64,000 bases of DNA from a virus (lineage: Duplodnaviria > Caudoviricetes). The translations under genes and the position numbers were made by a program. Location: IMG/VR virus record IMGVR_UViG_3300007513_000003. One strand, written 5' to 3'. Numbering within the stretch: position 1 is the stretch's first letter; every line of letters starts with the position of its first letter. Positions 1 to 9,493 of the stretch are shown here, piece after piece. The notes below the pieces were generated by a model. That model ran no database searches, was not told the origin of the DNA, and saw nothing but the letters and a program-made list of their open reading frames with translations.

Positions 1-108
1 CTGAATCGCAGCATAGTGTTGAGTAGCATCGACCCATGTCTGTCTCATGCTACCCGCAATGTTACGATAGATGATATGGTATCGCTTGTTAGTGGCTTTC
101 AATTTCAT
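1..108 (-). CDS. hypothetical protein, truncated by window edge (MKLKATNKRYHIIYRNIAG...)
   Basis: Hand translation: ATG at 108 overlaps the TAA of the upstream ORF (TAATG coupling); frame stays open to position 1. Confidence 0.6.
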   Translation of the reverse strand, partial: MKLKATNKRYHIIYRNIAGSMRQTWVDATQHYAAIQ

Positions 109-416
109 TATACGGCTCCCTGGACAACACGGTCCCAGTAGGTGTCATGTAAAACATTCTCACGGAGTCCACGCTCGAGCATCTCGTCCTCGTCCATGTC
201 CAACTCATATCGGACTACCTCATAACGGGGCTCTTCCCCACCGTTTAAGTCACGGTCGAAGCGGGCCATCCGTTCAGCGTGGGTAGCGCCGGCATCGCAG
301 TCAATAATACGAAAGTATGACTGGCTACTGTGGATGTCTTTAAAATCCACAAGGTAGAAGTAGTAACCTTTGGGGTGGTCCTCTGTGGACTGGTTGAACG
401 TGTTGAGAGTTTTCAT
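108..416 (-). CDS. acidic hypothetical protein, probable early gene
   Basis: 102-aa ORF preceded by a sigma70-like promoter; locally higher GC. Confidence 0.75.
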   Translation of the reverse strand: MKTLNTFNQSTEDHPKGYYFYLVDFKDIHSSQSYFRIIDCDAGATHAERMARFDRDLNGGEEPRYEVVRYELDMDEDEMLERGLRENVLHDTYWDRVVQGAV

Positions 417-447
417 CTGTTTCCCTGTTTCTTTAACCTATATATAC

Positions 448-476
448 ATTATATAGGATTATGGGAAAAATGTCAC
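448..476 (-). promoter_or_regulatory. sigma70-type early promoter
   Basis: Minus strand GTGACA-N17-TATAAT. Confidence 0.7.
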
Positions 477-490
477 GAAGAAAGTGTATC

Positions 491-585
491 TAAGTGCTTG
501 AAAAATAAGGGGAATTAAAAAAGTTGAAATTTTGAGAAAATCCTTTAAAATCAAGCATTTAAAAAGTCAATGATTTCAATGACTT
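491..585. repeat. two imperfect inverted repeats in an intergenic region
   Basis: TAAGTGCTTGA (491-501) / TCAAGCATTTA (551-561); AAGTCAATGA-TT-TCAATGACTT (564-585). Confidence 0.6.
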
Positions 586-603
586 AGGGAAAATGGGGGA
601 TTT

Positions 604-1062
604 TTACCCAGAAACGGCTTTTTCAACTGCATCATCTATGTCTTTAGGACGATCTTTTAGTTTTTGAAAGATATTCTTTTTCTTTGCGGCTAGTGGCGTT
701 TCTTCGTCATCTTTGCCTGTTAGTTTTTTATAACCAGCATATCCAGCACCTGCAAGCGCCGCAAGACTCCGAGCGGCGCCCGCGGCGTCCACGCGGGCAA
801 GCGCCGCAAGACCCGCCACTAGTGGCCAGCCTTCGTATAATGAGCCTTCTTGAATTTGACGCCTAATAGTAGCAGGGTCTTTGCCTGCCAATAACATGCC
901 TTCTTTGCCTTTCATATCTAAAGCATTGTCAGTAGGCTTCCACTTTTTAGTTGGTTTTTTGTTATTGTGTGCTACGTGCGGATTAGCAACGGTAGCGATA
1001 TTACCACTACTAGTGGCTCTTGGTGTTGCGGCTTCAAAGATTTCAAATTCTTTAAGTCTCAT
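604..1062 (-). CDS. probable virion internal protein with M-R-L-x-E-F leader and Ala/Gly-rich hydrophobic segment
   Basis: MRLKEFEIFEA start; TAAATA 5 nt upstream of ATG. Confidence 0.65.
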   Translation of the reverse strand: MRLKEFEIFEAATPRATSSGNIATVANPHVAHNNKKPTKKWKPTDNALDMKGKEGMLLAGKDPATIRRQIQEGSLYEGWPLVAGLAALARVDAAGAARSLAALAGAGYAGYKKLTGKDDEETPLAAKKKNIFQKLKDRPKDIDDAVEKAVSG

Positions 1063-1077
1063 ACTATTATTTATACT

Positions 1078-1416
1078 TTATAGGCGTTTATATAACCACT
1101 GTGAAATAGGAATATACGGATAGTCGTCCCAATCTGAGTACGGTGCGTCCTTTAGTTTCTCGTCTTTAGTTTCTTTTTTATCGTGTGTTTCTTTGTCTTT
1201 TTGTTGAGGAATATGTTGAGAATTACTAATCATTTCCCATTCCTCTTCTGTGTAAGGCATATGTGCTACTTCTTTTTTCTCTTGTGCCTCTGTACTTAAA
1301 TCACGAGTAAACCCACACTTTTTACAAACATAAATGCGATGGTCTATGATGTAACTACTATTTCCCTCACATTGCGAACATTGTATAAGTGTAGATTTTT
1401 TTTCGTTTTTAGCCAT
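1078..1416 (-). CDS. zinc-ribbon hypothetical protein
   Basis: CSQC...CKKC. Confidence 0.6.
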   Translation of the reverse strand: MAKNEKKSTLIQCSQCEGNSSYIIDHRIYVCKKCGFTRDLSTEAQEKKEVAHMPYTEEEWEMISNSQHIPQQKDKETHDKKETKDEKLKDAPYSDWDDYPYIPISQWLYKRL

Positions 1417-1846
1417 TGTTTAAGACATGATGGTCAGGTAACTCATCTTGTGAGTCGCTCCACTTTCCAACATGTTCCGTTTTAAACTCATGCTCTCTGT
1501 CTAAATATTTCCATTCAAGTTTTACTAAACCGAATTCTTGCAATTTCTCAAAAACTTGAATAGGTTTAAATGGCCCGCAAGTATAAACATCTAATTGAAG
1601 CAATGCTGGGTTTGGTTCGTCCCAAATATGCATTGCAATATGGCTTGTTTCAATGATTGAAACAACTGTGATGCCTGCGTTTCCTTCTACTTTCACATAC
1701 TCACAATGTGGACCTGAAAGTAATTTCATATCGATAGTTTTAATTAAATCTATCATCCATTGTTTTGTTTTTTCTACATCGTTCTCATCAGGAGGATTTG
1801 ATACTTCCGCTCTAATGATTAAATGTTTATGAATTGGCAATGCCAT
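1409..1846 (-). CDS. speD: S-adenosylmethionine decarboxylase proenzyme (class 1B)
   Basis: HKHLII, GIT..SIIETSHIAMHIW (E/S self-cleavage site), DVYTCG. Confidence 0.85.
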   Translation of the reverse strand: MALPIHKHLIIRAEVSNPPDENDVEKTKQWMIDLIKTIDMKLLSGPHCEYVKVEGNAGITVVSIIETSHIAMHIWDEPNPALLQLDVYTCGPFKPIQVFEKLQEFGLVKLEWKYLDREHEFKTEHVGKWSDSQDELPDHHVLNNG

Positions 1847-1857
1847 TATAATAATTC

Positions 1858-2049
1858 CTATATTTTTGCTAATATTGCAATTAATAAGATAATAATTAAA
1901 AACAACTCAGCCGCTAGAATAGTATGATACCAAACCCAACGTGCTTTGTATACTTTCTTTTTGTTAAACGTTTCTTTAATTTCAGTAACAAAGCTAGTGT
2001 CTTTGGCTGGTTCTTTTTTGTTATTATCTTTTGCAAAAAATTGCTTCAT
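1858..2049 (-). CDS. small membrane protein
   Basis: C-terminal hydrophobic helix; TAAATA upstream. Confidence 0.65.
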   Translation of the reverse strand: MKQFFAKDNNKKEPAKDTSFVTEIKETFNKKKVYKARWVWYHTILAAELFLIIILLIAILAKI

Positions 2050-2079
2050 ATATGGTATTTATATAAAACAGTTTTTAGG

Positions 2080-3114
2080 TTAAGAATAGTCTTCTAATTC
2101 ACCGTTACGTTCTATTTCATTTGTAGCACAATGAACACCTGTATCCCAAAAGGTTGTTGCTTTCATGTCTACTGGAACACACGTTATGCCTTTTTTCTCT
2201 AATTTGTCGAATAAAGTAGGATATGTTCCTGTAAACAAAATTGTTTTTTCGTTAATACTTAAACTATTTAAATTAAAATAAGTTTCTTCTGTACATGTCT
2301 CTAAAAACTTATAAAACCATTGAGCAATTATTGGGTGGAATTTTTTATGGCGATGTTCATTCACTTTATGCCATGCTTCTTTTACATCGCCGAAGCCTTC
2401 TACATGAATCCTTTCCCATTTTGCAAAAAACGTAGGTAAACATTCAGAAGGTAAACTTGTTATTAATAGTCCTGGTCGAACAAGGAATAGTTGAGAATCT
2501 ATATGGCCATCTGTATCTAATAAATGAAACTTTGCTTTAGGATTAATAGATTTAATCCACTCCATATATAATTGCTTACCTAACTCATTACCCTCATTAG
2601 CAGAATCTTTAGATAATATGATATCATTGCCACATTTTAGTGAAAGTGTGGGTTCATATAAGGGTCTGCCTAAATCTATTTCTGGATCAAACTTATCATA
2701 GTCACCATCAAAAAATATATCATTAGTAGGTAATTCATATATATTATCAAAACTATATTGATTTAGAACATGATCACATGAATTTATACTAAAGCGGTCC
2801 CAGTCCATTGCATAATTTCCTTTATAAAGACTGTTTCCATATATAGTATACATATCTCTAACAGCTAACGGCGGTGTAGTAATTGATGTGCCGTTGTGAA
2901 ATGGATAATCTTGCACACTTCGATGTGTTTGAATATCATAACTAATGAGTACTTTTTCTAACTCATCTAACTCTTGTCTTGACTTGTTGATTATTTCAGT
3001 AAAATACTTTTCATATCTGTTTTTTAATTTTGTATAAGGAATAATACTTTCAGGATTTGGCAATGTGCCAATGATACAAGATTTTAATGGATTAAATTCC
3101 GCCCAAACACTCAT
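2080..3114 (-). CDS. amidinotransferase family protein (glycine/inosamine amidinotransferase fold)
   Basis: WAEFNPLKSCIIG, PLAVRD, GHID (catalytic His), GVHC (catalytic Cys). Confidence 0.8.
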   Translation of the reverse strand: MSVWAEFNPLKSCIIGTLPNPESIIPYTKLKNRYEKYFTEIINKSRQELDELEKVLISYDIQTHRSVQDYPFHNGTSITTPPLAVRDMYTIYGNSLYKGNYAMDWDRFSINSCDHVLNQYSFDNIYELPTNDIFFDGDYDKFDPEIDLGRPLYEPTLSLKCGNDIILSKDSANEGNELGKQLYMEWIKSINPKAKFHLLDTDGHIDSQLFLVRPGLLITSLPSECLPTFFAKWERIHVEGFGDVKEAWHKVNEHRHKKFHPIIAQWFYKFLETCTEETYFNLNSLSINEKTILFTGTYPTLFDKLEKKGITCVPVDMKATTFWDTGVHCATNEIERNGELEDYS

Positions 3115-3130
3115 CAAATTTCCTAAATCT

Positions 3131-3559
3131 TTAATATATAAAAATAGATATTATAGTATAAAATACTATAAACAACATTACATAATTCAATAAACGACTT
3201 GATGAGTGTCGCTTTTGAGGATGTAGAAGACCTTGTCTTTCTTCCCACGTTGTGTTTGCTTCTAATACTTGTGTAAAGTGTTCTACTTTAAGTCTACCTT
3301 CTAATATAAATTTACCAATTGCTTCTTGCAACTCTATACGCACAGGAAAAGGAAGTTGCAACTTATTAGTTGGCATTAGTGAAAAATTACGTGACCACTT
3401 ATCCCAAGGATCACCTTGTACACCTACTTGACTGTGTGCATACATATAGGTTTGTTCGTCAGTATAATTTTGGACACTACTAACAACATTAATAAGTTGG
3501 CAATCTGTTAAACCTTGTACTATGACTTCTTGAGCATTGTCTGAGTATGTTGTTTTCAA
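3131..3559 (-). CDS. hypothetical protein with C-terminal TM helix
   Basis: 142-aa ORF in a coupled gene run. Confidence 0.65.
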   Translation of the reverse strand: MKTTYSDNAQEVIVQGLTDCQLINVVSSVQNYTDEQTYMYAHSQVGVQGDPWDKWSRNFSLMPTNKLQLPFPVRIELQEAIGKFILEGRLKVEHFTQVLEANTTWEERQGLLHPQKRHSSSRLLNYVMLFIVFYTIISIFIY

Positions 3560-3957
3560 TGGAATGCACCTTTAATTTTAAGTTCTTCAAGTTTTTCAGC
3601 GAACATTTCTTTATCTTCTATACTCATATCTTCCATGAGTTGCTTTTCTGTCATAAACTTTTTTATTACTTTGGTTCTTTCAGTGTTTTCATCAAAAGTT
3701 ATTTCTGCTTCACCAAAGTCTAACTCTTCCTTAGGAATACGTGGCATTATTTTTAAGAACAAAATATATAACTGCAAATAAGTTTTGGCATAGACATAAG
3801 ATTGCTTCATAGCCTGCTCTTCAATTGAGTCATCAGGATTTATTTTCATATCTTCTTTGTTGCCGGGGTTTTCATGTAACCAATCTTCAAACACCTCTGC
3901 TACATCTGCATAGAGGTCAAGTTCTTCAGCAGTTATTTTAATTTTATCACCCATCAT
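3556..3957 (-). CDS. acidic hypothetical protein
   Basis: 133-aa ORF overlapping the next gene by ATGA-type coupling. Confidence 0.7.
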   Translation of the reverse strand: MMGDKIKITAEELDLYADVAEVFEDWLHENPGNKEDMKINPDDSIEEQAMKQSYVYAKTYLQLYILFLKIMPRIPKEELDFGEAEITFDENTERTKVIKKFMTEKQLMEDMSIEDKEMFAEKLEELKIKGAFH

Positions 3958-3970
3958 AGTATTTACCCTT

Positions 3971-4588
3971 TTATTCCCATGGCGTGATTATATCAAAGTC
4001 CAGTGACTTACCATCCGTGCTCATGTCTTGATTATCGATATATTCGCCATCGTAGTATATACCAGTGACGAGAATATCATCGTTAATTTCACATATATCA
4101 AAGTTAACTTTTGATGGATCAAACTTGCCTTCAATATCAATAGTGCCTTCGTAGAATGTACCTTTCTCAGTATGGATACCAGCAAGTGTATATTCTTTAG
4201 GCTTTGGCATGATTTCTTCTTCTTGTAGCATGTTTCCTTCTTCATCATAGTCTTCTACAAATTCGACAAGGCCCCCGTAATAGATATTGTCTAGTTCTTT
4301 GGCTTCCCAACCAATGCCATCCATTTCAACAATCTCAAGTTGGGCATGATCTCGAGACACGCCATATTCATGGCCGCGGTCATCATGCTCATACCAATTG
4401 CTTAATGTTGCGTATTTTGGAATTTTGATGTCAGGGTTTTCTTCAGCAAACCAGTCCGGACTACCTACATACTCGTAAAAGTAATCACTCATTTCGTCTG
4501 ATTGCCAAAACTCGGCGCACTTTTTGGTAATTTTACCAAGTACCACTTCGCCGCCGTAACCGGTTAATATAAATTTAATGTGTGCCAT
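3971..4588 (-). CDS. acidic hypothetical protein
   Basis: 205-aa ORF with SD (AAAGGA) and a sigma70 promoter. Confidence 0.75.
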   Translation of the reverse strand: MAHIKFILTGYGGEVVLGKITKKCAEFWQSDEMSDYFYEYVGSPDWFAEENPDIKIPKYATLSNWYEHDDRGHEYGVSRDHAQLEIVEMDGIGWEAKELDNIYYGGLVEFVEDYDEEGNMLQEEEIMPKPKEYTLAGIHTEKGTFYEGTIDIEGKFDPSKVNFDICEINDDILVTGIYYDGEYIDNQDMSTDGKSLDFDIITPWE

Positions 4589-4623
4589 AACTAATTTCCT
4601 TTAAGGTGATTAAAAGTACTATT

Positions 4624-4652
4624 AGTATAACATTATTTTGAGATCACGTCAA
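4624..4652 (-). promoter_or_regulatory. sigma70-type promoter
   Basis: TTGACG-N17-TATACT. Confidence 0.7.
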
Positions 4653-4677
4653 GATTAACGAGATTTTTTAAGAAGGG

Positions 4678-5016
4678 TTATTTTTCGCTTGGTTTGTGGG
4701 TCTTATAAGAATTTTCGTCTTTCACCAACGCCAAAATTAATTGATATTTTTCCCAGGCTTCTTGTAATGCTGGGTGTTTATCACGCAATCGTTGTTCATC
4801 AAAGTGTTGTTTACCTATATTCAATAAATCATCGTGAGATAGCCAACGTCCATGCTCTTTTGTTATTGGTGGTTCGTCGTCTGTTGGGACAAGTACTTCA
4901 GTAGTAGATCCCATGGGCACTCTTCTGGTGATAGTTCTCCCATTATCGGGAGTTTCATAGATATATTTTTCTTGTGTTTCTGATCGACGAAAGAGTGCCA
5001 CATGGAGCCCTACCAA
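4678..5016 (-). CDS. hypothetical protein
   Basis: 112-aa ORF co-oriented with neighbours. Confidence 0.6.
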   Translation of the reverse strand: MVGLHVALFRRSETQEKYIYETPDNGRTITRRVPMGSTTEVLVPTDDEPPITKEHGRWLSHDDLLNIGKQHFDEQRLRDKHPALQEAWEKYQLILALVKDENSYKTHKPSEK

Positions 5017-5022
5017 TTCTAA

Positions 5023-5619
5023 TTAGAATGAGACGTTTACATTAACGCCTGCTACAGACTCACTAGTTTCCCAATCACTGTCTAATGGCATTTCCCAGTA
5101 AGGTCTAATAGCAAAAGTTGGGGTCATAGCAATACTCCAGCCTACGCCTATAGTGGATCCTAGGAATGCGTCGGCCTCTTCCCAATCCCACCATAATCTT
5201 CCATATGCATCAATATCATATAAAGCAATGCGGGCCAAAACATCTGTATCCAATGCACTTTCATCAATGTTCCAATTTACTCTTGGAACAATGTTTAAAA
5301 TACTTAATTGCATACCTAAACCAGCACCAACTACATAATCTTTATCATCCGCATATTCGGCCCATGAACTCGCACTTAACGTGCCATTACCAATTCCGGC
5401 CGTAACTGAAAAACCAATATCAGTGTCACTATCAGAATAAGCAGAAAGCCTGTCATTACCGATTCTAAATTCATCCTTATCTGAATAGTTAGCACCTGAT
5501 TGGTCATAACTAACAAACCAGTCTGTTGCGCTAATACGAACGCTACTTTTTGATTCGGCTGCATTTGCTGTACTAAATGCAAAAAACGTTGCCATAATGG
5601 CGTACATCATATTTCTCAT
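5023..5619 (-). CDS. exported protein, probable outer-membrane beta-barrel
   Basis: Signal peptide ending TANA-A; amphipathic aromatic-rich strands; C-terminal VNVSF; SD GGAG. Confidence 0.55.
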   Translation of the reverse strand: MRNMMYAIMATFFAFSTANAAESKSSVRISATDWFVSYDQSGANYSDKDEFRIGNDRLSAYSDSDTDIGFSVTAGIGNGTLSASSWAEYADDKDYVVGAGLGMQLSILNIVPRVNWNIDESALDTDVLARIALYDIDAYGRLWWDWEEADAFLGSTIGVGWSIAMTPTFAIRPYWEMPLDSDWETSESVAGVNVNVSF

Positions 5620-5710
5620 TAATATCTCCTTGTGTGAAATTTACATCTGGGCCTACTAATATATAGTCAAACATTAATATGTTAACCTAGAAACTGATTT
5701 AAGAAAAATA

Positions 5711-7780
5711 TTAACCAGTGCGTTTTGTGATCATTTCAGTGATATTAGCAGGGCACGGTGCGTAGTGACTAAACTCCATACTAAACTGACCACGGCCGCT
5801 CGTCATACCACGCAAGTCGCCAATATAGCCAAACATTTCACCAATTGGTGCTTCTGCCCAAATGCGTACCTTTTGTCCACTAACTTCTTGATTGCTAATC
5901 ATGCCGCGGCGTCTGTTAATGTCGCCAATAACGTCACCAACTTTATCCTCTGGAGCAATTACGTCAAGTTTCATGACAGGCTCTAGTAATTGTGGTCCTG
6001 CTTTAGGCATGGTTTGTCTAAAGCCACCTCGAGCCGCTAATTCAAACGCAATAGCACTTGAGTCAACTGCGTGTGAAGAACCGTCTGTTAATGTCACTTT
6101 AAAGTCTAACAACGGATAACCTGCTACAATGCCGTTATTAGCAGACTCTCTAAAACCTTTTTCAACAGCAGGCCAAAACTCTCTTGGCACATTACCACCG
6201 ACAACTTTTGATTCAAACTCAAAGCCGCCGCCTGATGGCAATGGCTCTATAGTATATTCAATATCACCAAATTGGCCAGAACCACCTGATTGCTTTTTAT
6301 GAACAAATTTGTCTTCCACTGTTTGTGTAATAGTTTCTCTGTATGCTACTTGTGGTTTACCAATACTTACTTCAATGCCATGGGTTCTTTTAAGAATGTC
6401 GCACTTAATGTCTAAGTGTAGTTCGCCCATACCCTTAAGAATAGTTTGCCCACTTTCTTGATCTGTTTCAACATGGAAGGACGGATCTTCAGCGACCATT
6501 TTACCAATAGCAGTTCCTAACTTATCCATGTCACCTTGTGTCTTTGGTTCAACAGCAATACTAATAACCGGGGCAGGGAATACCATTGGCTCTAGTACGG
6601 CGGGTTTATTTTTATCACACAGTGTATGACCTGTTTGTACAGTTTTCATACCAAGCAATGCAATAATATCGCCTGCTTGTGCAGAGTCCTTTTCTTCTCT
6701 ATTGTCGGCATGCATTTCTACAATACGGCCAACACGTTCGGACTTGCCTGTGCTACTGTTATAAATTGTATCACCTTTGTTAAGTTTGCCAGAGTAAATG
6801 CGTGTAAATGTCAATGCACCATACTTGTCGTCCATAATCTTAAACGCAAGTGCTCTTAGTGGTCTGTCATCATCAACAATAGCATGTTCACCTGTTTCAT
6901 TGCCTTCTAAGTCTACTTCTGGCTGTGGATCAACCTCAGTAGGATTAGGCAAATAATCAACCACGGCACTCAATACATTTTGTACGCCTTTATTTTTAAA
7001 TGAACTACCACAGAATGTTGGGAAGAAATCACAATTAATTGTACCCTTGCGAATACACTTTTTAAGATCTTCTTCGCTAATGCTGTCAGGATCCTCCATC
7101 CACTGCATCATTACATCGTCGTCTTGCTCTACAACTTGCTCTACCATTAGATCATAATATTCTTTGGCCTTGTCTGCCAAGTCTGCAGGAATGTCGCTAA
7201 TAGTGTAAGAAGTAGGATCTGCTGAATTTGACCAGGCCCATGCTTTTTGCGTAAGAATGTCTACAATGCCTACAAAATCATCTTCAGCACCAATTGGAAT
7301 AGCCATAATAACTGGTACTGCGTTTAAGCGATCTTTAATTTGCTCTACTACACGATAGAAATCTGCACCAACTCTATCCATTTTGTTAACGTAAATAACA
7401 CGGGCAACTTCACTGTCATTAGCATAACGCCAGTTTGTTTCGGATTGTGGTTCTACGCCTCCTACCGCGCAAAAAACACCAACGCCACCGTCTAATACTT
7501 TCAATGAGCGGTATACTTCAATTGTAAAGTCAACGTGTCCTGGTGTGTCAATAATGTTAAACTGGTGGTCATCCCAAAAGCATGTTGTAGCGGCTGACTG
7601 AATAGTAATACCGCGTTCCTGCTCTTGCTCCATAAAATCTGTAGTAGCGGCGCCGTCATGTACTTCGCCTATCTTATGGATTTTACCTGTTAGTTTTAAA
7701 ATGCGCTCTGTTGTTGTAGTTTTACCTGCATCAACGTGAGCGAAAATTCCTATGTTTCTATACTTTTGTAGATCTGACAT
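5711..7780 (-). CDS. fusA: translation elongation factor G, full length (689 aa)
   Basis: [15 protein letters not shown] (G1), RGITI (G2), DTPGHVDF (G3), NKMD (G4), [30 protein letters not shown]. Confidence 0.97.
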   Translation of the reverse strand: MSDLQKYRNIGIFAHVDAGKTTTTERILKLTGKIHKIGEVHDGAATTDFMEQEQERGITIQSAATTCFWDDHQFNIIDTPGHVDFTIEVYRSLKVLDGGVGVFCAVGGVEPQSETNWRYANDSEVARVIYVNKMDRVGADFYRVVEQIKDRLNAVPVIMAIPIGAEDDFVGIVDILTQKAWAWSNSADPTSYTISDIPADLADKAKEYYDLMVEQVVEQDDDVMMQWMEDPDSISEEDLKKCIRKGTINCDFFPTFCGSSFKNKGVQNVLSAVVDYLPNPTEVDPQPEVDLEGNETGEHAIVDDDRPLRALAFKIMDDKYGALTFTRIYSGKLNKGDTIYNSSTGKSERVGRIVEMHADNREEKDSAQAGDIIALLGMKTVQTGHTLCDKNKPAVLEPMVFPAPVISIAVEPKTQGDMDKLGTAIGKMVAEDPSFHVETDQESGQTILKGMGELHLDIKCDILKRTHGIEVSIGKPQVAYRETITQTVEDKFVHKKQSGGSGQFGDIEYTIEPLPSGGGFEFESKVVGGNVPREFWPAVEKGFRESANNGIVAGYPLLDFKVTLTDGSSHAVDSSAIAFELAARGGFRQTMPKAGPQLLEPVMKLDVIAPEDKVGDVIGDINRRRGMISNQEVSGQKVRIWAEAPIGEMFGYIGDLRGMTSGRGQFSMEFSHYAPCPANITEMITKRTG

Positions 7781-7807
7781 TCTTATTGCTCCAGCAAAAA
7801 TTTCTTA

Positions 7808-7854
7808 TATTTATAAGCAATAAGTATTGTACACTATTATTATGGTAATGTCAA
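7808..7854 (-). promoter_or_regulatory. tandem sigma70 promoter and T4-type late promoter for fusA
   Basis: TTGACA-N17-TACAAT (7826-7854) and TATAAATA (7808-7815). Confidence 0.7.
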
Positions 7855-7858
7855 ATAA

Positions 7859-9493
7859 TTAGAAACCCCACCAATCACGTACTCCGGGATTAAATGACCC
7901 GCTGGTTGTTCCTGTTATTTTCTCAACTTGCCCATCGCTGTTAGGCACGGGAGTAGAACTGAAATATTTATACTTTATCCATTCTTTACATTTATGACCT
8001 CCAACAAAAATTTCTTGTTCATTATAAGCATCTAATTCTACTTTATATCCCCAGATATAAGCAATATAGTTTAGCACGTCTACAGTAGATTCGTTTGCTA
8101 ATTCTCTACCGCTTTTACCTCTGTATAAATGTAACAATAATGTTCTTTTATCATCATGATCAAAGTCTCTTACTTGTATATCTGGAATGCGATAGTTATA
8201 GTCATATTGTCTTGCTAATTCTTTGCGTATGCTCTTGTAACCAGCGTTGTTATGGATTGCTTTTACTTGATAATGTGGATCTTGCTTGCGGTCGCCAAGT
8301 TGGAACAATCTAAAATCACGTATAACTTTTGGAGATAAAAACTGTAGTATAAAACTCTCGTCCCTATAATTAGCAACGATGTCTAATGTAATCTCTTTCC
8401 AATTACCGCCAGCAACATCAGGAAACCATTCTTTATCTTCTTTTGTTGGCTCATCGCACATACGTTTAATGTCTTGAAAAATAGCAAAACCTAATGCATA
8501 TGGATTTATGCCACCATAATATGGTTTATCAAATGTAAGTTGGTTTAAAACGTTTGTGTGTAGTTTTAAAAACTCTAGCATACTTGCGTCACAAATCAAA
8601 CCTTTTTCATGTAAACGATTCATTGTATAATAATGCACAAAGCAAGCATATCCTTCGTTCATCACTTTTGTTTGTCCTTGCGGATAAAAATATTGTGCTA
8701 TCTTACGCACAATACGACATAATTCGCGTTGCCAATCTGTTAAATTAGGCGCGTTTTTTTCAAGGAAATATATAATGTTTTCTTCTGGTTTATCCAAATA
8801 AACATATTTTCTGTCTGTTTTCTTCTTTTCTTCCTTTTTACGTTTAATTACTGTTGTGTCCCATAACTCATTAACATGTTTGCGTAAGTATTCTGCCCTT
8901 TCACCCGCTTTCTCTGCCTCTGCATACGAATTAAGTTTTACTGGACGCTTATATTTGTTAATACCGTAATTACGAATAGAGTGTAATGCATCTAAAAATA
9001 GTTCTACTTCGTCTAATCCATATTTTTCTTCACACTTCTTAACAAAGTTTTTAGCAAATACAAGATAATCAATAATTGCTTCTGCGTTTGTCCATGTTTT
9101 AAACAAGTAGTTATTTTTAAAGAAATGGTTGTGGCCAAACGCGGCGTGAGCAATAACTAATGCTTGCGTGGTCATTGTATTCTCTTCCATGAGATAGTTT
9201 ATGCATGGATTACTATTAATAACGAGTTCGTATGCTAAACTAGTTCTACCTTTTCTGTATTGATTTTCATAATGTGACCATGCCTTACCATTGCTCCAAT
9301 GGTTATATGATAAGGGCATACCAATACTTGCATATGCATCTAACATTTGCTCAAACGTTACAACTTCAAGTTGGTTCGTGTAAGTATCGCAACCAAGTTC
9401 ATTAACTGCAATATCTTCGCAAGCATCGTAGATGTTACTTACAAGTTCAAAACTCCAATCATCTTGTTGTGTGAATAATAGTTTAGTCATCAC
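7859..9493 (-). CDS. spoVR: SpoVR/YcgB family protein
   Basis: MPLSYNHWSNG, LAYELVINSNPC, HAAFGHNHFFKNN, TKVMNEGYA, YRDESFI.QFLSP. Confidence 0.93.
   Translation of the reverse strand: MMTKLLFTQQDDWSFELVSNIYDACEDIAVNELGCDTYTNQLEVVTFEQMLDAYASIGMPLSYNHWSNGKAWSHYENQYRKGRTSLAYELVINSNPCINYLMEENTMTTQALVIAHAAFGHNHFFKNNYLFKTWTNAEAIIDYLVFAKNFVKKCEEKYGLDEVELFLDALHSIRNYGINKYKRPVKLNSYAEAEKAGERAEYLRKHVNELWDTTVIKRKKEEKKKTDRKYVYLDKPEENIIYFLEKNAPNLTDWQRELCRIVRKIAQYFYPQGQTKVMNEGYACFVHYYTMNRLHEKGLICDASMLEFLKLHTNVLNQLTFDKPYYGGINPYALGFAIFQDIKRMCDEPTKEDKEWFPDVAGGNWKEITLDIVANYRDESFILQFLSPKVIRDFRLFQLGDRKQDPHYQVKAIHNNAGYKSIRKELARQYDYNYRIPDIQVRDFDHDDKRTLLLHLYRGKSGRELANESTVDVLNYIAYIWGYKVELDAYNEQEIFVGGHKCKEWIKYKYFSSTPVPNSDGQVEKITGTTSGSFNPGVRDWWGF

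Noticed and set aside
752-812. 16-nt GC-rich direct repeat GCAAGCGCCGCAAGAC
   Set aside because: It encodes LAALA twice within an ORF; no sign of att or mobile-element function
2080-3114. Archaeosine/7-deazaguanine DNA modification pathway
   Set aside because: This amidinotransferase fold is unrelated to ArcS/QueF-L/GAT-QueC, and no folE/queD/queE/queC/dpdA is seen in the window
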